Shown: one piece after another, positions 38,061 to 50,055 of the stretch
How the letters are laid out: each line of letters starts with the position of its first letter
Position numbering within the stretch: the stretch's first letter is position 1
From: Gekko japonicus
Lineage: Eukaryota
Reading direction: 5' to 3'
Length of the DNA: 64,000 bases
Assembly (NCBI RefSeq): GCF_001447785.1
Contig: NW_015172563.1
Location: forward strand, 1-64,000
The notes under the pieces: generated by a model
What the model was told of the DNA's origin: nothing
Seen by the model: the letters and a program-made list of their open reading frames with translations, nothing else
The model's database searches: none
Translations under genes and position numbers: made by a program

Positions 38061-39683
38061 TCCATTATTTCCATGGATATGCTCCGCATGCTGTGTCCAA
38101 AAGGGGGCTCACCACTTCAGAAGTCGTGGGGTTTCCGGTTAAGGGACTTCAATAAGAACCCCATGGCGGTGCTGGGCTGGGGCAAGTTCCAGGTACAATT
38201 CCGAGACTTTAACGGCACCCTTGACCTGTTGGTGGTGGATAGGCCTCTCTCCAGCCTGCTGGGACTCTCTTGGTTCGAGGCCCTGGGACTCTCTTTGAAT
38301 GAAATCCATTGGGTCGGGTCATGGGATTTTGGCGTGGTGTGCGCAAAATTCCCCCGTGTTTTCGATGGCAACCTGGGACGCTTCTCTGGGCCCCCCATCT
38401 CCCTGGATCTCGACCCAGTGGTGCGGCCAATTTGCGTCAAGGCCCGGCTGCCGCCACTAGCAATGAAGCCTAAAATCAAGGCCGAGCTAGATCACTTAGT
38501 GGAACAAGGGGTTCTGGAACCGGTTACGTTGGAACGATGGGAGACCCCCATAGTCACCCCGGTGAAGCCCAATGGGGACGTGCACATTTGTGCGGATTAT
38601 AAATGCACGCTAAACAAGGCTCTGCAGGCACATGCTTATCCAGTGCCAATGGTGAGCCATGTGTTGGCAGCTTTGGCGGGGGCCTGGGTTTTTGGCAAGT
38701 TGGACTTGGCACAGGCGTATCAACAACTGCCGGTTGATGCCGCCACGGCCGAAGCCCAAACGATCACAACACACAGGGGAGCATTCAAGGTTCACAGCCT
38801 TCAGTTTGGAGTCTCGGTTGCATCAGGGATTTTTCAATCTTTTATGGATTCTCTCCTGAAAGGCATCCCTGGGGTTCAGCTGTTTCTAGACGATCATGAC
38901 CGCCACGGAATTCCTGACACGCTGGCGTTCACGTCAGCGAAGTTCCAGGAATTCACGAGTTACTACGGTATCCGCCACGTCCGGGCTGCCCCGTTCCACC
39001 CTGCCACCAACGGCCAGGCCGAGCGCTTGGTCAGAACCACAAAGGACGCTCTCCACCGCTTGGACTCCCCGGACTGGGATTATAAACTGGCGGCTTTCCT
39101 TTTTTGCCAGCGAACGACGCCCCACACCACGACGGGGCGCAGTCCAGCAGAACTACTTCTGGGCCGCCGCCTGGCAACCCAGTTGGATCGCCTGCACCCC
39201 GATCAGGCATCGGCAGAGGCACCAGGCATGGAGACGCACGAGGCAGCCAAAGGTTTCTTCCCGGAAGATCCCGTGTATGCACGGAACTACACCCGGGGGC
39301 CCGCCTGGATCCTAGCATGAGTCATACGAGTTAAGGGCCCCAGATCATAGGAGGTCTCTTGTGAAGACGGACAAGTTCTATACCGGCACATCAACCAGCT
39401 ACGCCACCAGACAATGCCATTGGACCCGAGGACTCAGACATGGCTGAGGCTCTGGAGACCTCACCCCAGGCCCAACTCCCGGTGGCTGACCCCCGGCCTC
39501 TACCCTTGGTTGAACCCGAGACACTTCTTCGGGAGGCACCGGGGACGCCAGCTCACCTCCGAGGGCTTCAGGGGTGGAAGCTGCAGCAGTCCCTGAACCT
39601 CGCCACTCTACCCGCACCAGGAAGTTACCTGCCCACCTGAAGGACTTCGTCTGTGGGTGCATTGTGGACCAAGGCGGGAGGGG
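38061..39683 (+). mobile_element. Gypsy pol, 5'-truncated and internally deleted (protease end, partial RT, partial integrase)
   Basis: ORF 38022-39320: LLGLSWF, ICADYK, KLDLAQAYQQL, FLDD joined to HGIP, PFHPATNGQAER, SPAELLLGR; PPT AAGGCGGGAGGGG. Confidence 0.92.
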
Positions 39684-39992
39684 TGTAATGTATCCAGTCC
39701 AGACCGCGTGGCTGGCTTATACTCCATGCAGTCAGAGACAAACATCGAGGTTCGCTCCAAGAGACAATGCACTATGAGGATCCTAGCCCGCTCCAATCAG
39801 GGGGCTAGGTTCCCGGCCGAGAGCCTATGGGACTTTCGGCCACTGTAAATAACCTATTGGGAAGTAGGGGTGTGTTTTGGGTGGTGGTTTCTCGGGGGAT
39901 ATAAGCCGACCTGCGAGCCGGCCAAAGTCGTCTTGTTCCTGATCGAATAAAGTACACTTTGCTGAAATCACTCTCCGTCTGCGTACTTTTCA
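39684..39992 (+). mobile_element. 3' LTR of the Gypsy element
   Basis: TG directly after the PPT, TATAA near 39900, AATAAA near 39946, CA end. Confidence 0.85.
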
Positions 39993-41209
39993 GTTCTCTA
40001 AAAGGAACACTTTTTTAAAAAAAACTGAAAAAACATTTTTTTCCCCCCTGCATGGCGCTGCGGGGGCATTCTTTTCAGTGTATCTGGAATGGAAGGTACA
40101 CCTTTGATTTCAATGAAAAGGAACACCTTCTCCTCCTTCCTCCAACTATCCCTTGGGATGTGGGTTTTTTCACTTTTCAAAAATCTCTCTCAGCTTCACG
40201 GCAGGGGAAAGAAGGAGGCTGTATTTAGGCTTTTCTAAATATGCTTTAAAAAAAATGTGATGCGGAATTGTGCGATTACACTATGTCTGTTACACTGTGC
40301 AGATCTCAGCATTACAAATAAAGAGGGGCAGGGGATTGCAAAGGAAAGATTCCCAAACATGCCTTCAGTTTCAATGGAAAGAAGCACCTCCCATCCTCCA
40401 CCTGACCATTAGATTTTTTAAAAATCTGTGTAATGCCCTAATGTCGTTGCACTGATATTCAGCTACTGCAATTTAAGACTAGAGTTTAGTGTACGTTTCC
40501 CAGAGCTGTAATTAACAAACAAGGGGTGGGGGATTGCCCAAAATCTGCTGTCCAGCACTGAAACGTAGCCCTGAATTTGGGAGAATGGAGCTAGTTCATT
40601 AAGAAGGGGGAGTGTTACCACATGAGTTTCCCAGTGCTAATTAATCCTGAAGCGGGGGCAACCCACAGTCTCCTGCCCAGCACCGAAATGTAGCAAACTC
40701 AAGAGAGGGGAGATTGTTTATTAAGGAGGGAGAATGTGTGCTATGATGGGTAGGGAAACACAAGGGGGGGGGGCTTACGGTTTTGCATTATTCCTGATCA
40801 GCACCATGTAAATATGCAGAATGGCTTGTGTTGCTGTATTGCTGTGCAATTCCTCTTCAGCAGTATCTGTGTGCCCCCAAATGATTTAAAAGGGGAAAAT
40901 AGTGGGGATTCATGATGGAGGACCAAAAGCAGTGGAGGAAGGGGAATGACGGTAATGTGTGCTTGGTGTGAATGGGGAGACTCCTACAATGTGCTATGTG
41001 GAATTTCTGTTGCAAGTACAAATTGAGAAAAGTTTGCACTGATGACATGCTGAGGACAGTAGAACTCCCTGGTGTGGAAGCACACGTGGAAGCATCCTAC
41101 ACACTGAGATACCACAGCCGCAACACCAACACAAGACAAAATCAAGGCTCTTCCCACGTAACCTTTGTGGAGGAAACAGACACTAGCACCTGCAAACTCA
41201 CTTAGTTAT

Positions 41210-41340
41210 GCAGATTCTGAATGGTTAACCATGTTAGTCCATAGCAAAATAAAACAGGGGTACAAGGGCACCTTAAAAATGTGACACAATTTATTACAGC
41301 ACAAGGTTTTGTGAGCCACAGCTCACTTCTTTAGACACAT
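41210..41340 (-). mobile_element. Penelope-like 3' terminal fragment with decayed hammerhead motif
   Basis: Reverse complement CTAAAGAAGTGAGCTGTGGCTCACAAAA resembles CTGANGA-stem-GAAA. Confidence 0.5.
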
Positions 41341-41354
41341 CTATATATCCATTT

Positions 41355-41935
41355 CCCAAGTGTGGACCAATTTGTAGATAGCTAAACCCACAGATTGGGG
41401 CCACACCTACCCCTTTCAGATTTTTCTGCAAACTGGAGAAGGGCCTGGCACTTGCCGCTGACATGGCAGTGGCTGCAGAGGCAATAGAGCCTGGAAGCTG
41501 CTGGAGGGTCCAGCCAAGGCAGTGGAGTCTGGGAACTGCTGGCAGGCCTGGCCATGGCTGTGGTGGAGCCTGGGAGCCACTCCAAGCCTGGCTGCAGCAG
41601 TTGGAGCCTGGGAGCTGCTTGGGGCCCAGCCAAAGAGATGGTGGAGTATGGGAGCTGCTGGCCGGCCTGGCTGTGGCTGCAGTGGAGCCTGGGAGCCACT
41701 TTGAGACTGATGATGGAGCCCAGCAGCCACTCTGAGCCTGGCCGTGGTGGCAGCAGAGCCCAGAACCTGCTCCAGACCCATCCACAGCAGTGGCAGAGCC
41801 TGGCAGCCCCTCTGGGCTCAGAATGGTTCCCTGACACCACTGCCACTGTGGCCTGGCTCCCACGGAGATGCGCTGGATGGCAATGGGGGGGAAGTGGGAT
41901 TCCCCCCCCCATGAGATTTGTGGGGGCCCCACTTG
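41355..41935. mobile_element. Non-autonomous DNA-transposon-like repeat with GC-rich degenerate minisatellite
   Basis: Repeated GCAGTGGAGCCTGGGAGC units; termini resemble 28200-28345 and 42875-42960. Confidence 0.45.
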
Positions 41936-43254
41936 TAACAGTAAAAATCCATTGGGCTTGATGTATAATGCACAACAAAAAGAAAGGCTGTCAACCCTCA
42001 GGAGCCTGGAGTTCTCCAGGGATTATAACTGATCTCCAGAGGGCAGACACTATGACATTACAGCCCTGCTGAGCTCCCCCTCCCCAAACTCTACCTTCCC
42101 CAAGCTCTGCTCCCAGATCTCCAGCAATTCCCCAAACTGGAGTTGGCAACCCTATAGTGGGTGGAGGGTTAAAAAGAAAGGCCCATTCAAAACAAGAACC
42201 AATCCAGAAGGTAATCTGGTCACTCAGCGTGGAGAAACCTCCCTTTTTGCCTCATAATGTGTGCTGTGCTCTGAGAACATTCTGAACATTCTTCTTGTGG
42301 ATTCCTGTGACTTTCCGTCCCAACATTTGAAACTGGTGTATTGGGAGCCAGGGAAGAAATAATTCAGATATGGGAGGCCCAAAATAATGATGGTATTAAT
42401 CTAGACACAGGATCACAAAGTTAAATGTCAGATCCGCAGGAAAATAAGGAAGGTGTTTATCGGCAGTGCTTGCAAAGTAATTTGTTTTCCATAACCAATA
42501 CCCAGCAATTCATTTCATGTTTATTTGAAAATTCAAATAACATCCTTGGTAAGACTTTTTCTGCTAGATGACATGGAAGGAAATAGTTTAAATTGACTCA
42601 GTTTTCAGAAATGTCATCTCTTTCCATTTGATTTCAGATCAATTCTATTTTTTCAAAGTTCAACAGCCTTCCATTTTTACACTGAATAATGTGTAAATTG
42701 GTGGTTTCATACTTCTCACTTGGAACTAGTGAAAATGAAACCCTTATGAACTGCAAATCTGTGGTGCTTTTTAAGATTTCAGAACACAAAAGATTGTACT
42801 GAGGAGGGTTAGCCACAACAACCTTCTCAGGTGGGTGCTATAATTCTTATTTTAAATCTATATACCTAATAACAAAGTGTGGCCCACATCTGCAGATACC
42901 TAAATCTGTGGATGGGGGGGGCGATGGGATCCCCCCCCCACAAGTATCACAGGCCTCCTGCTTGTATTATCATATTATAAAACGGAGCTAAAAGAGTACT
43001 TCAGGCCACACAGTGAGCTTACAGCAAAAGTGCATCTGATAGTATCCTTATTTATTTGTAACATTTTTATTTTGTCTTTCTACCCAGCATAGGGTTCCCA
43101 AGGCAGCAAACAATCAAAAACATTAGAACAACCTTTTGAAATATACAGTATAAAAACAATTGATAACAACAATGTAAGAAAACATACCACAAAACATAAA
43201 AATCAAACCACATAACAAATACCCTTTCACACACATGTGCTTCATCATTAAGGT

Positions 43255-43820
43255 AGATTCAGGTGGGTAGCCGTGTTGGTCTGAAGCATCAGAACAAAGT
43301 TTGAGTCAAGTGGCACCTTTAACACCAACAAAGTATTTTTCAAAGTATCAGCTTTTCTGTGCATGCGTGCCCTAGAACTCCCGTTGCCCTGCTCTTACCT
43401 GCCAGCTGCACTCATTCACCTCAGCTGCTACAGGAGAAGAGCTGGCCAGCTGATGTGAATAATACTTGGAAAGTATGCCAATAAAGGTATTTGTTTGTTT
43501 GTTTGTATGTGCTCTCACCTACAGTGGCAGGTGGGTGAGACCTGCCACTACTGCAGCACAGAGCACATATTCCCCGAATATTAATCCTGCTGGTCCGCCA
43601 GCTCTCCCTCTCCTGTAGTGGCTGAGGCAAATGAGTGTGGCCAACAAGTGAAGAAAGACCTTTCTCTTCTTTGCCCACACGCCGATGGGATCTCCCCCCC
43701 ACCCCGCTTGCCTGCCCCCCTGGATTTCCCAATGCCCCACCACCCAAAATTTTCTGGCTACACCCGTTTGTTGGTCTTAAAGGTGCCACTGGACTCAAAC
43801 TTTGTTCTGATGCTTCACCG
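43255..43820. mobile_element. Penelope-like inverted terminal fragments
   Basis: 43281-43335 is the reverse complement of 43765-43818 (GAAGCATCAGAACAAAGTTTGAGTC...). Confidence 0.55.
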
Positions 43821-44548
43821 TTGTCATATAGTAATGTATTCTGGGTGCCTATTTAATAGAAGTGGTTACAGGTGTTATTAACATATTTTAATCAATATTT
43901 GATATTCAGTTAGAATTACCAACCTCAAGGTGGAGCCCGGTGTGTTCTCAGAATTACAGCTTGTTCTCCTGGAGGAAATGGTAGATTCGGAGGGCAGGCT
44001 CCAGGATATCACATTCTGCTGAACTCAGACTCTTTGGTTGCTGCTATGTTGCCTGCTATATTTTCTGTCTCTCAAGGCCTAGTTCAAACATCAATTTAGA
44101 ATTCTTTTTTGGACATCCATGCAAATGTGGTAACACATGAACTCATCCCAACAAAACATATAGTGGCTGACATTTAGAGGACAAAAACTGCTCATACAAG
44201 TGGACCTGGGCAAGTAGTGTAGCACTGGACAAACTTCTTGCCCCTTCTCTTCTGCTAACTGAAAAATCAAAAGATGATTCTCACACAGTGAACACACATA
44301 CATCTGTTTGTAAGAAAGAGCCAATGCACATACATTAAATATAAAACCTGGGACTATTACCTGGATAAATGTTGAGTTTTAATTGCATGTTCAGCAGTAC
44401 ATGCACTGAATGTAATGGAAGAATGAGCCCTTTTCAGTCATTACATTTGACTGTGCATATGGGACAAGCAGGCTACATACATTCCCCCCGACACACATAA
44501 TTACTACTTCTTCTAAGGGAGCAAGGTATGCATATTTCACTTCAAAAC

Positions 44549-44768
44549 TAGGGTTGTCAGCTCTGGGTTAAGAAACACCCGGAGATGCTGGGGGGTGGAT
44601 CCTGAGGAGGGTGGGGTTTGGGGAGGGCAGGGACTTCAGTGGGGTATAATGCCATCGAGTCTACCTTCTTCAGCAGCCATTTTCTCCAGGTGAACCGATA
44701 TCTGTTTCCTGGAGATCAGTTGTAATAGTCGGAGATCTCCAACCACCACCTGGAGGCTGGCAACCCTA
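44549..44768. mobile_element. hAT MITE nested inside another inverted-repeat element (44427-44916)
   Basis: TIRs TAGGGTTG/CAACCCTA with TSD TTCAAAAC; outer 22-bp inverted repeat GCCCTTTTCAGTCATTACATTT. Confidence 0.88.
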
Positions 44769-45665
44769 TTCAAAACACACATCCCAAGGTGGAAAATCTA
44801 ATTGCTGCCCCTTTCAAAAGAAATAGCAATTGTGCCTATTGGGATCATCTAGTGTTGTGCGTTCATTCTGTACACGTGATTGTCATGGAGTCTGAAATGT
44901 AATGACTGAAAAGGGCCTTGTACAAAGGTAATTCAAGTGTACACTATACATAGTATAGTAACTGTATAGTCACTGTAACAAGTACAGGAATATAGAATCT
45001 CTTCAAGTATAATCCCCCCCCCTCTTTTTCCAGAATAAATTTATGCCAGTGGGGCTTTCATATGACCAGGCATCGGGCAGCCAGTTGATATATTACATCA
45101 GCTGTATGGTGGAGAAAGTACCTCCCTTGGACTTCCGGTCTATGAAGCAGCGATGGTGGACGCTCTCCCCGAGCCGCAGGAGAGCGATCTGCACACCAGC
45201 AGTCTGGAGGGGTGCCGCCTCAAGTGACACCCCCATGGAGCCTTTGCAATAGGCTCTAGGCCAGGGGGCTTTTGAGGGGTGGCCTCTTTGATGGCGTAAT
45301 GCCGGAGAATTGAGGATTCCCTCCGCCCTGACGGTCCAGCCGCTGTGTGGCCCTCAGGCACTAGCTGGTTTGACTGGGACAAGTGCCGGAGATGGAGCGG
45401 AATGGCGATTAATGAGTGAGGTCAGAGAAACTGACCGACAATGAGTGTGAGTTCAAAATAAATCGGATTACTTTAAAAGCAAATCCCCCCCCTTCGCTGA
45501 CAAAAGCGGGCGCAAAGAGGGATGCCTCTTGTGCGATTGAACTGATAAGCGATACGAAAGGGGAGAGGGGAGGAAATACGAGTGTGTTTTGAGAGACTTA
45601 CTTGATTTTTGTCATCGTGGGGGAGTTTTTCAAGTAATGAAGAAGCATTAGAAACTGTAAACAAA

Positions 45666-46487
45666 ATGGAGAAAATGACGGCCCAGCAGAGAAAGCTGAA
45701 AACGAAACTGCCAGGCAGTAAGAGCCCAAAACCGGAAGAGGGAGCAGACATCATTAAACTGCTAGTGGACATGCTCAAGCCGGTGATGGAACAACTCGAT
45801 GGTATTAACCAGCAATTGACCGTGATGGATAAGAACTTTGCATTTCAACAGCTCCAGCTGAATAAAATGGAGAAAAAAGTAGAGCAGGCAAATGAGAAAA
45901 TTAAAGAGATAGACACCACAAGCAAGAAATTGAAGAAAAGAATGGGAGAAGCGGAAACGATGCAGAACATCCAAGAAAACCGTTTGCTGCAGTTACAGAT
46001 GGAAAAAGCTAATATGATTCTCAGGTTCCAGGGAGTTCTTGAAGCAAAGCGGGAGGACCTGAGAAAGGTGCTTAGCGAGATCATCGCTCCAGTAATAGAC
46101 TTAACAGCGGATGAGCTTGTAAAAGAAATGGAACTAGCCTACAGGGCATATTCCAATTATATTTTAAAAAATAGCCTGCCTGGAGAAATAGTGGTCAGAT
46201 TCTCAAGAAGACAAACCAGAGATGCCATCTTAAAAGTGACTTCGGCAGCTCCACTGAAAATGGGAAATGTAATCATCAAAACTTTAAAAGACATTCCATT
46301 TGAAATTCGAAAAAAGAGGAAAAATTATAAGGATTCAATTTCTTTCCTTCAAACTAATGGAATATTGTACAGATGGGCGGTCCTGGAGGGTGTCATCTTT
46401 AAGATCAACGATAAAAGAGAGAAGATAGACTCCACCTTCAAAGCCAAAGAGTTTTTGCGGCATCAGCTGGGAACAGGAAGAGTCTAA
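45666..46487 (+). CDS. L1 ORF1p-like protein (coiled coil, RRM, CTD)
   Basis: Uninterrupted frame; heptad-rich N-terminus, LRFQGVLE, PGEIVVRF...RDAIL, DIPFEIRKKR. Confidence 0.85.
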   Translation: MEKMTAQQRKLKTKLPGSKSPKPEEGADIIKLLVDMLKPVMEQLDGINQQLTVMDKNFAFQQLQLNKMEKKVEQANEKIKEIDTTSKKLKKRMGEAETMQNIQENRLLQLQMEKANMILRFQGVLEAKREDLRKVLSEIIAPVIDLTADELVKEMELAYRAYSNYILKNSLPGEIVVRFSRRQTRDAILKVTSAAPLKMGNVIIKTLKDIPFEIRKKRKNYKDSISFLQTNGILYRWAVLEGVIFKINDKREKIDSTFKAKEFLRHQLGTGRV

Positions 46488-46639
46488 GGAGGAAGAAATG
46501 AAATCTAGTGACTCTGCCACCTCTGGAACGGAAGAGGACCCTGCTGTAGANNNNNNNNNNNNNNNNNNNNNNNNNNNNNNNNNNNNNNNNNNNNNNNNNN
46601 NNNNNNNNNNNNNNNNNNNNNNNNNNNNNNNNNNNNNNN

Positions 46640-46983
46640 AGGTAAAGGTAAAGGTTCCCTTGCTCGAAAGCTAGTCGAATCCGACTCTAGGGTTGCGGTG
46701 CTCATCTCCATTTCAAAGCCGAAGAGCCAGCGCTGTCCAAAGACATTTCCGTGGTCATGTGGCCGGCATGACTAAACACCAAGGTGCACGGAACGCTGTT
46801 ACCTTCCCACCGAAGTGGTCCCTATTTATCTACTTGCAATTTCTTGCTTTCGAACTGCTAGGTTGGCAGGAGCTGGAACTAGAGATGGGAGCTCACTCCG
46901 TCATGCGGCACTGGAACTGCTGAACTACTGACCTTCCACAGCCTGCAGTTCAGCGTCTTAACCACTTGAGCCACCGCAGCTCC
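46640..46983 (-). mobile_element. Full-length Sauria SINE inserted in the 3'UTR of the HAL1-like element
   Basis: Reverse complement of 8548-8894; (GGTAAA)n tail. Confidence 0.92.
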
Positions 46984-47967
46984 TAACACTTTTAGTACTA
47001 ACACTTATATTAACAGGGATAAGGTCTCCTCCTCTTGGGGTTTTAGCATAGTGTGGTTATCTTTCCTTTATCCCTAGTTGTAGTTCCCTTCCTAATATTT
47101 TCTTTGTAGTTCTGTAGTGTATTGCAAAAGAAAAAATATCCCTTTGGGGGTTTAAAAAAAAAAGAGAGAAAGTACCTCCCTTTATCTTGCCAAACAAAGA
47201 AGAGGGCCACTAGTGGGAAGAGGAAATAGGTCAAGAACCTGATATACTAATAAAAATGAACTCAATCTTTGAGAAGCGGTGTAAATCAAATAACATAAGT
47301 TAATTTTTTCTTGTCCTGAATGCAAGTTACCCAATGGAGTTTGTTGTGCTGCTATGCTTGGGTGGCTTTCATTACTTATTATTATTACACGCTAATTTTC
47401 ATGATTGTATCTTAGAGGCAAGCAACAGAATTACAAGCACTGAAGAGGTTGTTAATGAAATACAATGGCTGGCCTTCCAAACATATATCCACAATAGTTC
47501 AGCATTTTAGGACTTTGCTCAGTTAATTAAACTAATTGCATTGCTCAGTGATATTTAGCTGGAGACCTGAATGTGGACACTGCAACAGAGACAGTAAAAA
47601 AGCACTGCAACCAAACAAATATTTGTGCTGTGTTAACTTCTGCTTCCTCTGGTAGAGTTTTGCTAAAGGCTCTCCTGGCAGGGTTTTGGTATATTTACTT
47701 TGACAGCTTTCTAAAGTCAAGCTATCTTGGGCTGTTTTATATTGTATGACTGTCAATAAATAAACTACTTAAAAATATAATGAAGTATTGCAATTGTCAT
47801 TCTAGAGCCAGGAAGTAAACTGCCAAATATATCAGGGCAGTATGGGAGTTATTTGCCTCCCTTGTCATAAAAAAACAATTATTGCTATCATTGTAATATT
47901 TTGTGTGTGTGACTCAGATGTTTTATCACCAAGCCGTTTGACATTTACTGGTTTCCTAGTTCAGTTA

Positions 47968-48032
47968 ATGGGCCTGGCGAGATCTTGTCCATGGGGTCGC
48001 GAAGAGTCGGACTCGACTGTGCGACTGAACAA
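47968..48032 (+). mobile_element. Short BovB/RTE 3' tail insertion
   Basis: Matches 63303-63365; TSD AGTTCAGTTA. Confidence 0.85.
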
Positions 48033-50055
48033 AGTTCAGTTATTAGCTCAGCAATAATCCATATAATCTATTGACTGGTAATGGCAAATGAGGAGGACAT
48101 TATTTAATTTTCTTACTCTATGGAGTGTTCCCCCATCCCTCTCATTCTCCCCTCCTCCATTTTATTCACATTGAGGTAGCTTAGTGAGGTAATTTTGGCT
48201 GAAAGTGTATCACTGAGCCAAGGTCACCCAGCAAGTTTCAATGACACAGTGGGAATCTGAATCCTGATCATAGTTTGTTGCTGCATTTATGTACTTGCCT
48301 TGCTCCTTCTGCCTTTCTTTCCATGTCTTGGTTCTACCTTCCATTTCCCATGATGTCCAATGCATGCGCCTCAGTAAATGATTATTATTTTTACTCCCCA
48401 CAAGCCAAGATTCTAAACCTTGCTTTAAGCCTAGTTTAGAATCCTAGTTTGTAGTGATCAGACTAGTCCCTCAGATGCGATGGTGAACTGGAACTTGATC
48501 ATATCAGAAAGTTTTGAATCAAACTTTGAATCAAACTAAAGTGAGAGGACAGAGGGGAACTCACAAGCACAGCAACAAGTTATGTACATGCTTGATCTCA
48601 GTTTAATCTCAGGTGTTCATGTCTGAATGGAGCTACCAGTATCCTGCCTAATTTGTTGTCACTGAAAGCATGAAAAAGGACTAGATTAAATCTCCCTAAC
48701 CAGGCAAAAGAAATATACAGGCCTAAACAGCCTTCAGTTTGTGCTACGGATTGAAGTGCACTCCCATTAGCATTGTGTTTCTCTTATGAACACAAACTGG
48801 CTGGGTGTATATTTGGAGGCAAACAGAAATATGTATTTGCATTTACAGCCACCAGTTTGAGCCTGTACTGAGCCAAGGTCATTTATTCAAAGTCTCATCT
48901 AAATGACTCTAAGCGGAATGGCCTGAGTTGAAGTGACTCTGTAGAATACCATCTGTTTTCTGATGTAGAAATCTTGTCTATTTTGACTTTATATAACAAC
49001 CCTAACAACACTTTATTTGCACAATAATATCCACTTGTGGAGGTGATACCCTTCATGCAGTCACAAGTCTGCCAACAACTTCACTTCTTCTGTTTTAGTG
49101 TATTTTTAAAACCAACATTTTCCTCACTATTTTTAAAAAACCAAGAATATGGATTTTCCAAGCAATTAAAAGTATGCCCTGCACTCAGAAATGTCATTGT
49201 GAAATAATTCCACATGATTACAATACTGAGACACATATGTGCAAAGAGAATGAAAATTTCTCTGCTGCTGGAATTGAGGAGATGCTATCTATTCCCAGGG
49301 GAAATGATGCTTCATTTCCTCCTTGTTTCGTCAGTTCAGCTGGAGGTCCCTGAAGGAATTTTGTGCAGAGACGGCCTTACTAATGTTCACGACATAATTC
49401 ATGTGTGGGAAGCCTGTTGTTATGGAATCAGGTTGTTAAATCATACAGTACGTTTCCCCCCTTCCCAGGAAATAAAAGGTGACACTTCCTTGTGCTATCC
49501 CTATCACTGACAGGCATCTGCTTCAAATATTTTGATGTCATACATCAACTCCAGGCAGTTGCTAAAGATTTTCATCCAAATGGCTATCATAATGCATTTT
49601 GAAGGCACATCCATATATATCTCGCATAGGGGCCTATACATTTGGGCTCTTTTAATGCCCCTCATTCCCACTTGTCAAAAAGACAAGTGTGCCTGAATAA
49701 CTTAGTCCACATGGTTGACAGGGATAGTCGTGGGAGTAGCTGTGTATATAATTTGCTGACTCCTTTGAGCGTAGGGGTGACCCGAACAAAAACTCTGTTG
49801 TTTCCTGAAACAATACAAGTGCTTCAGCCTCTGTGCTGCAGACCCTTATCAGTGAGTGACAAAAAGCAATCCCTTGCTACTGCAGCAAGCATCCTTCAGA
49901 GATAGGATTAGATTATTTCTGTCACCCTTTTAACATTATTATATGGTAAGACTAAAGTTGAACAATATTTTCTTTAGTGAACACCAAAACAGCAATCAGC
50001 AAACATTTGACAAAAATTCTGTAATGGCAGTCACTGGGCCTTTTTTAGCTTTATG

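Larger units (their letters stand above)
45129..47165 (+). mobile_element. HAL1-like (ORF1-only) L1-derived element, both ends intact
   Basis: 5' GGACTTCCGG and CpG-rich UTR, ORF1, short 3'UTR, poly(A); 17-bp TSD GAGAAAGTACCTCCCTT at 45112-45128 and 47166-47182; an internal 89-N gap is the caveat. Confidence 0.8.

Noticed and set aside
41294-41978. Multiple ORFs of about 200 aa
   Set aside because: A GC-rich degenerate repeat open in most frames, with no domain motifs.
47560-47655. Cys-rich frame (CGHCNRDS...LCCVNFC)
   Set aside because: No convincing splice acceptor and an incomplete pattern; could be chance.
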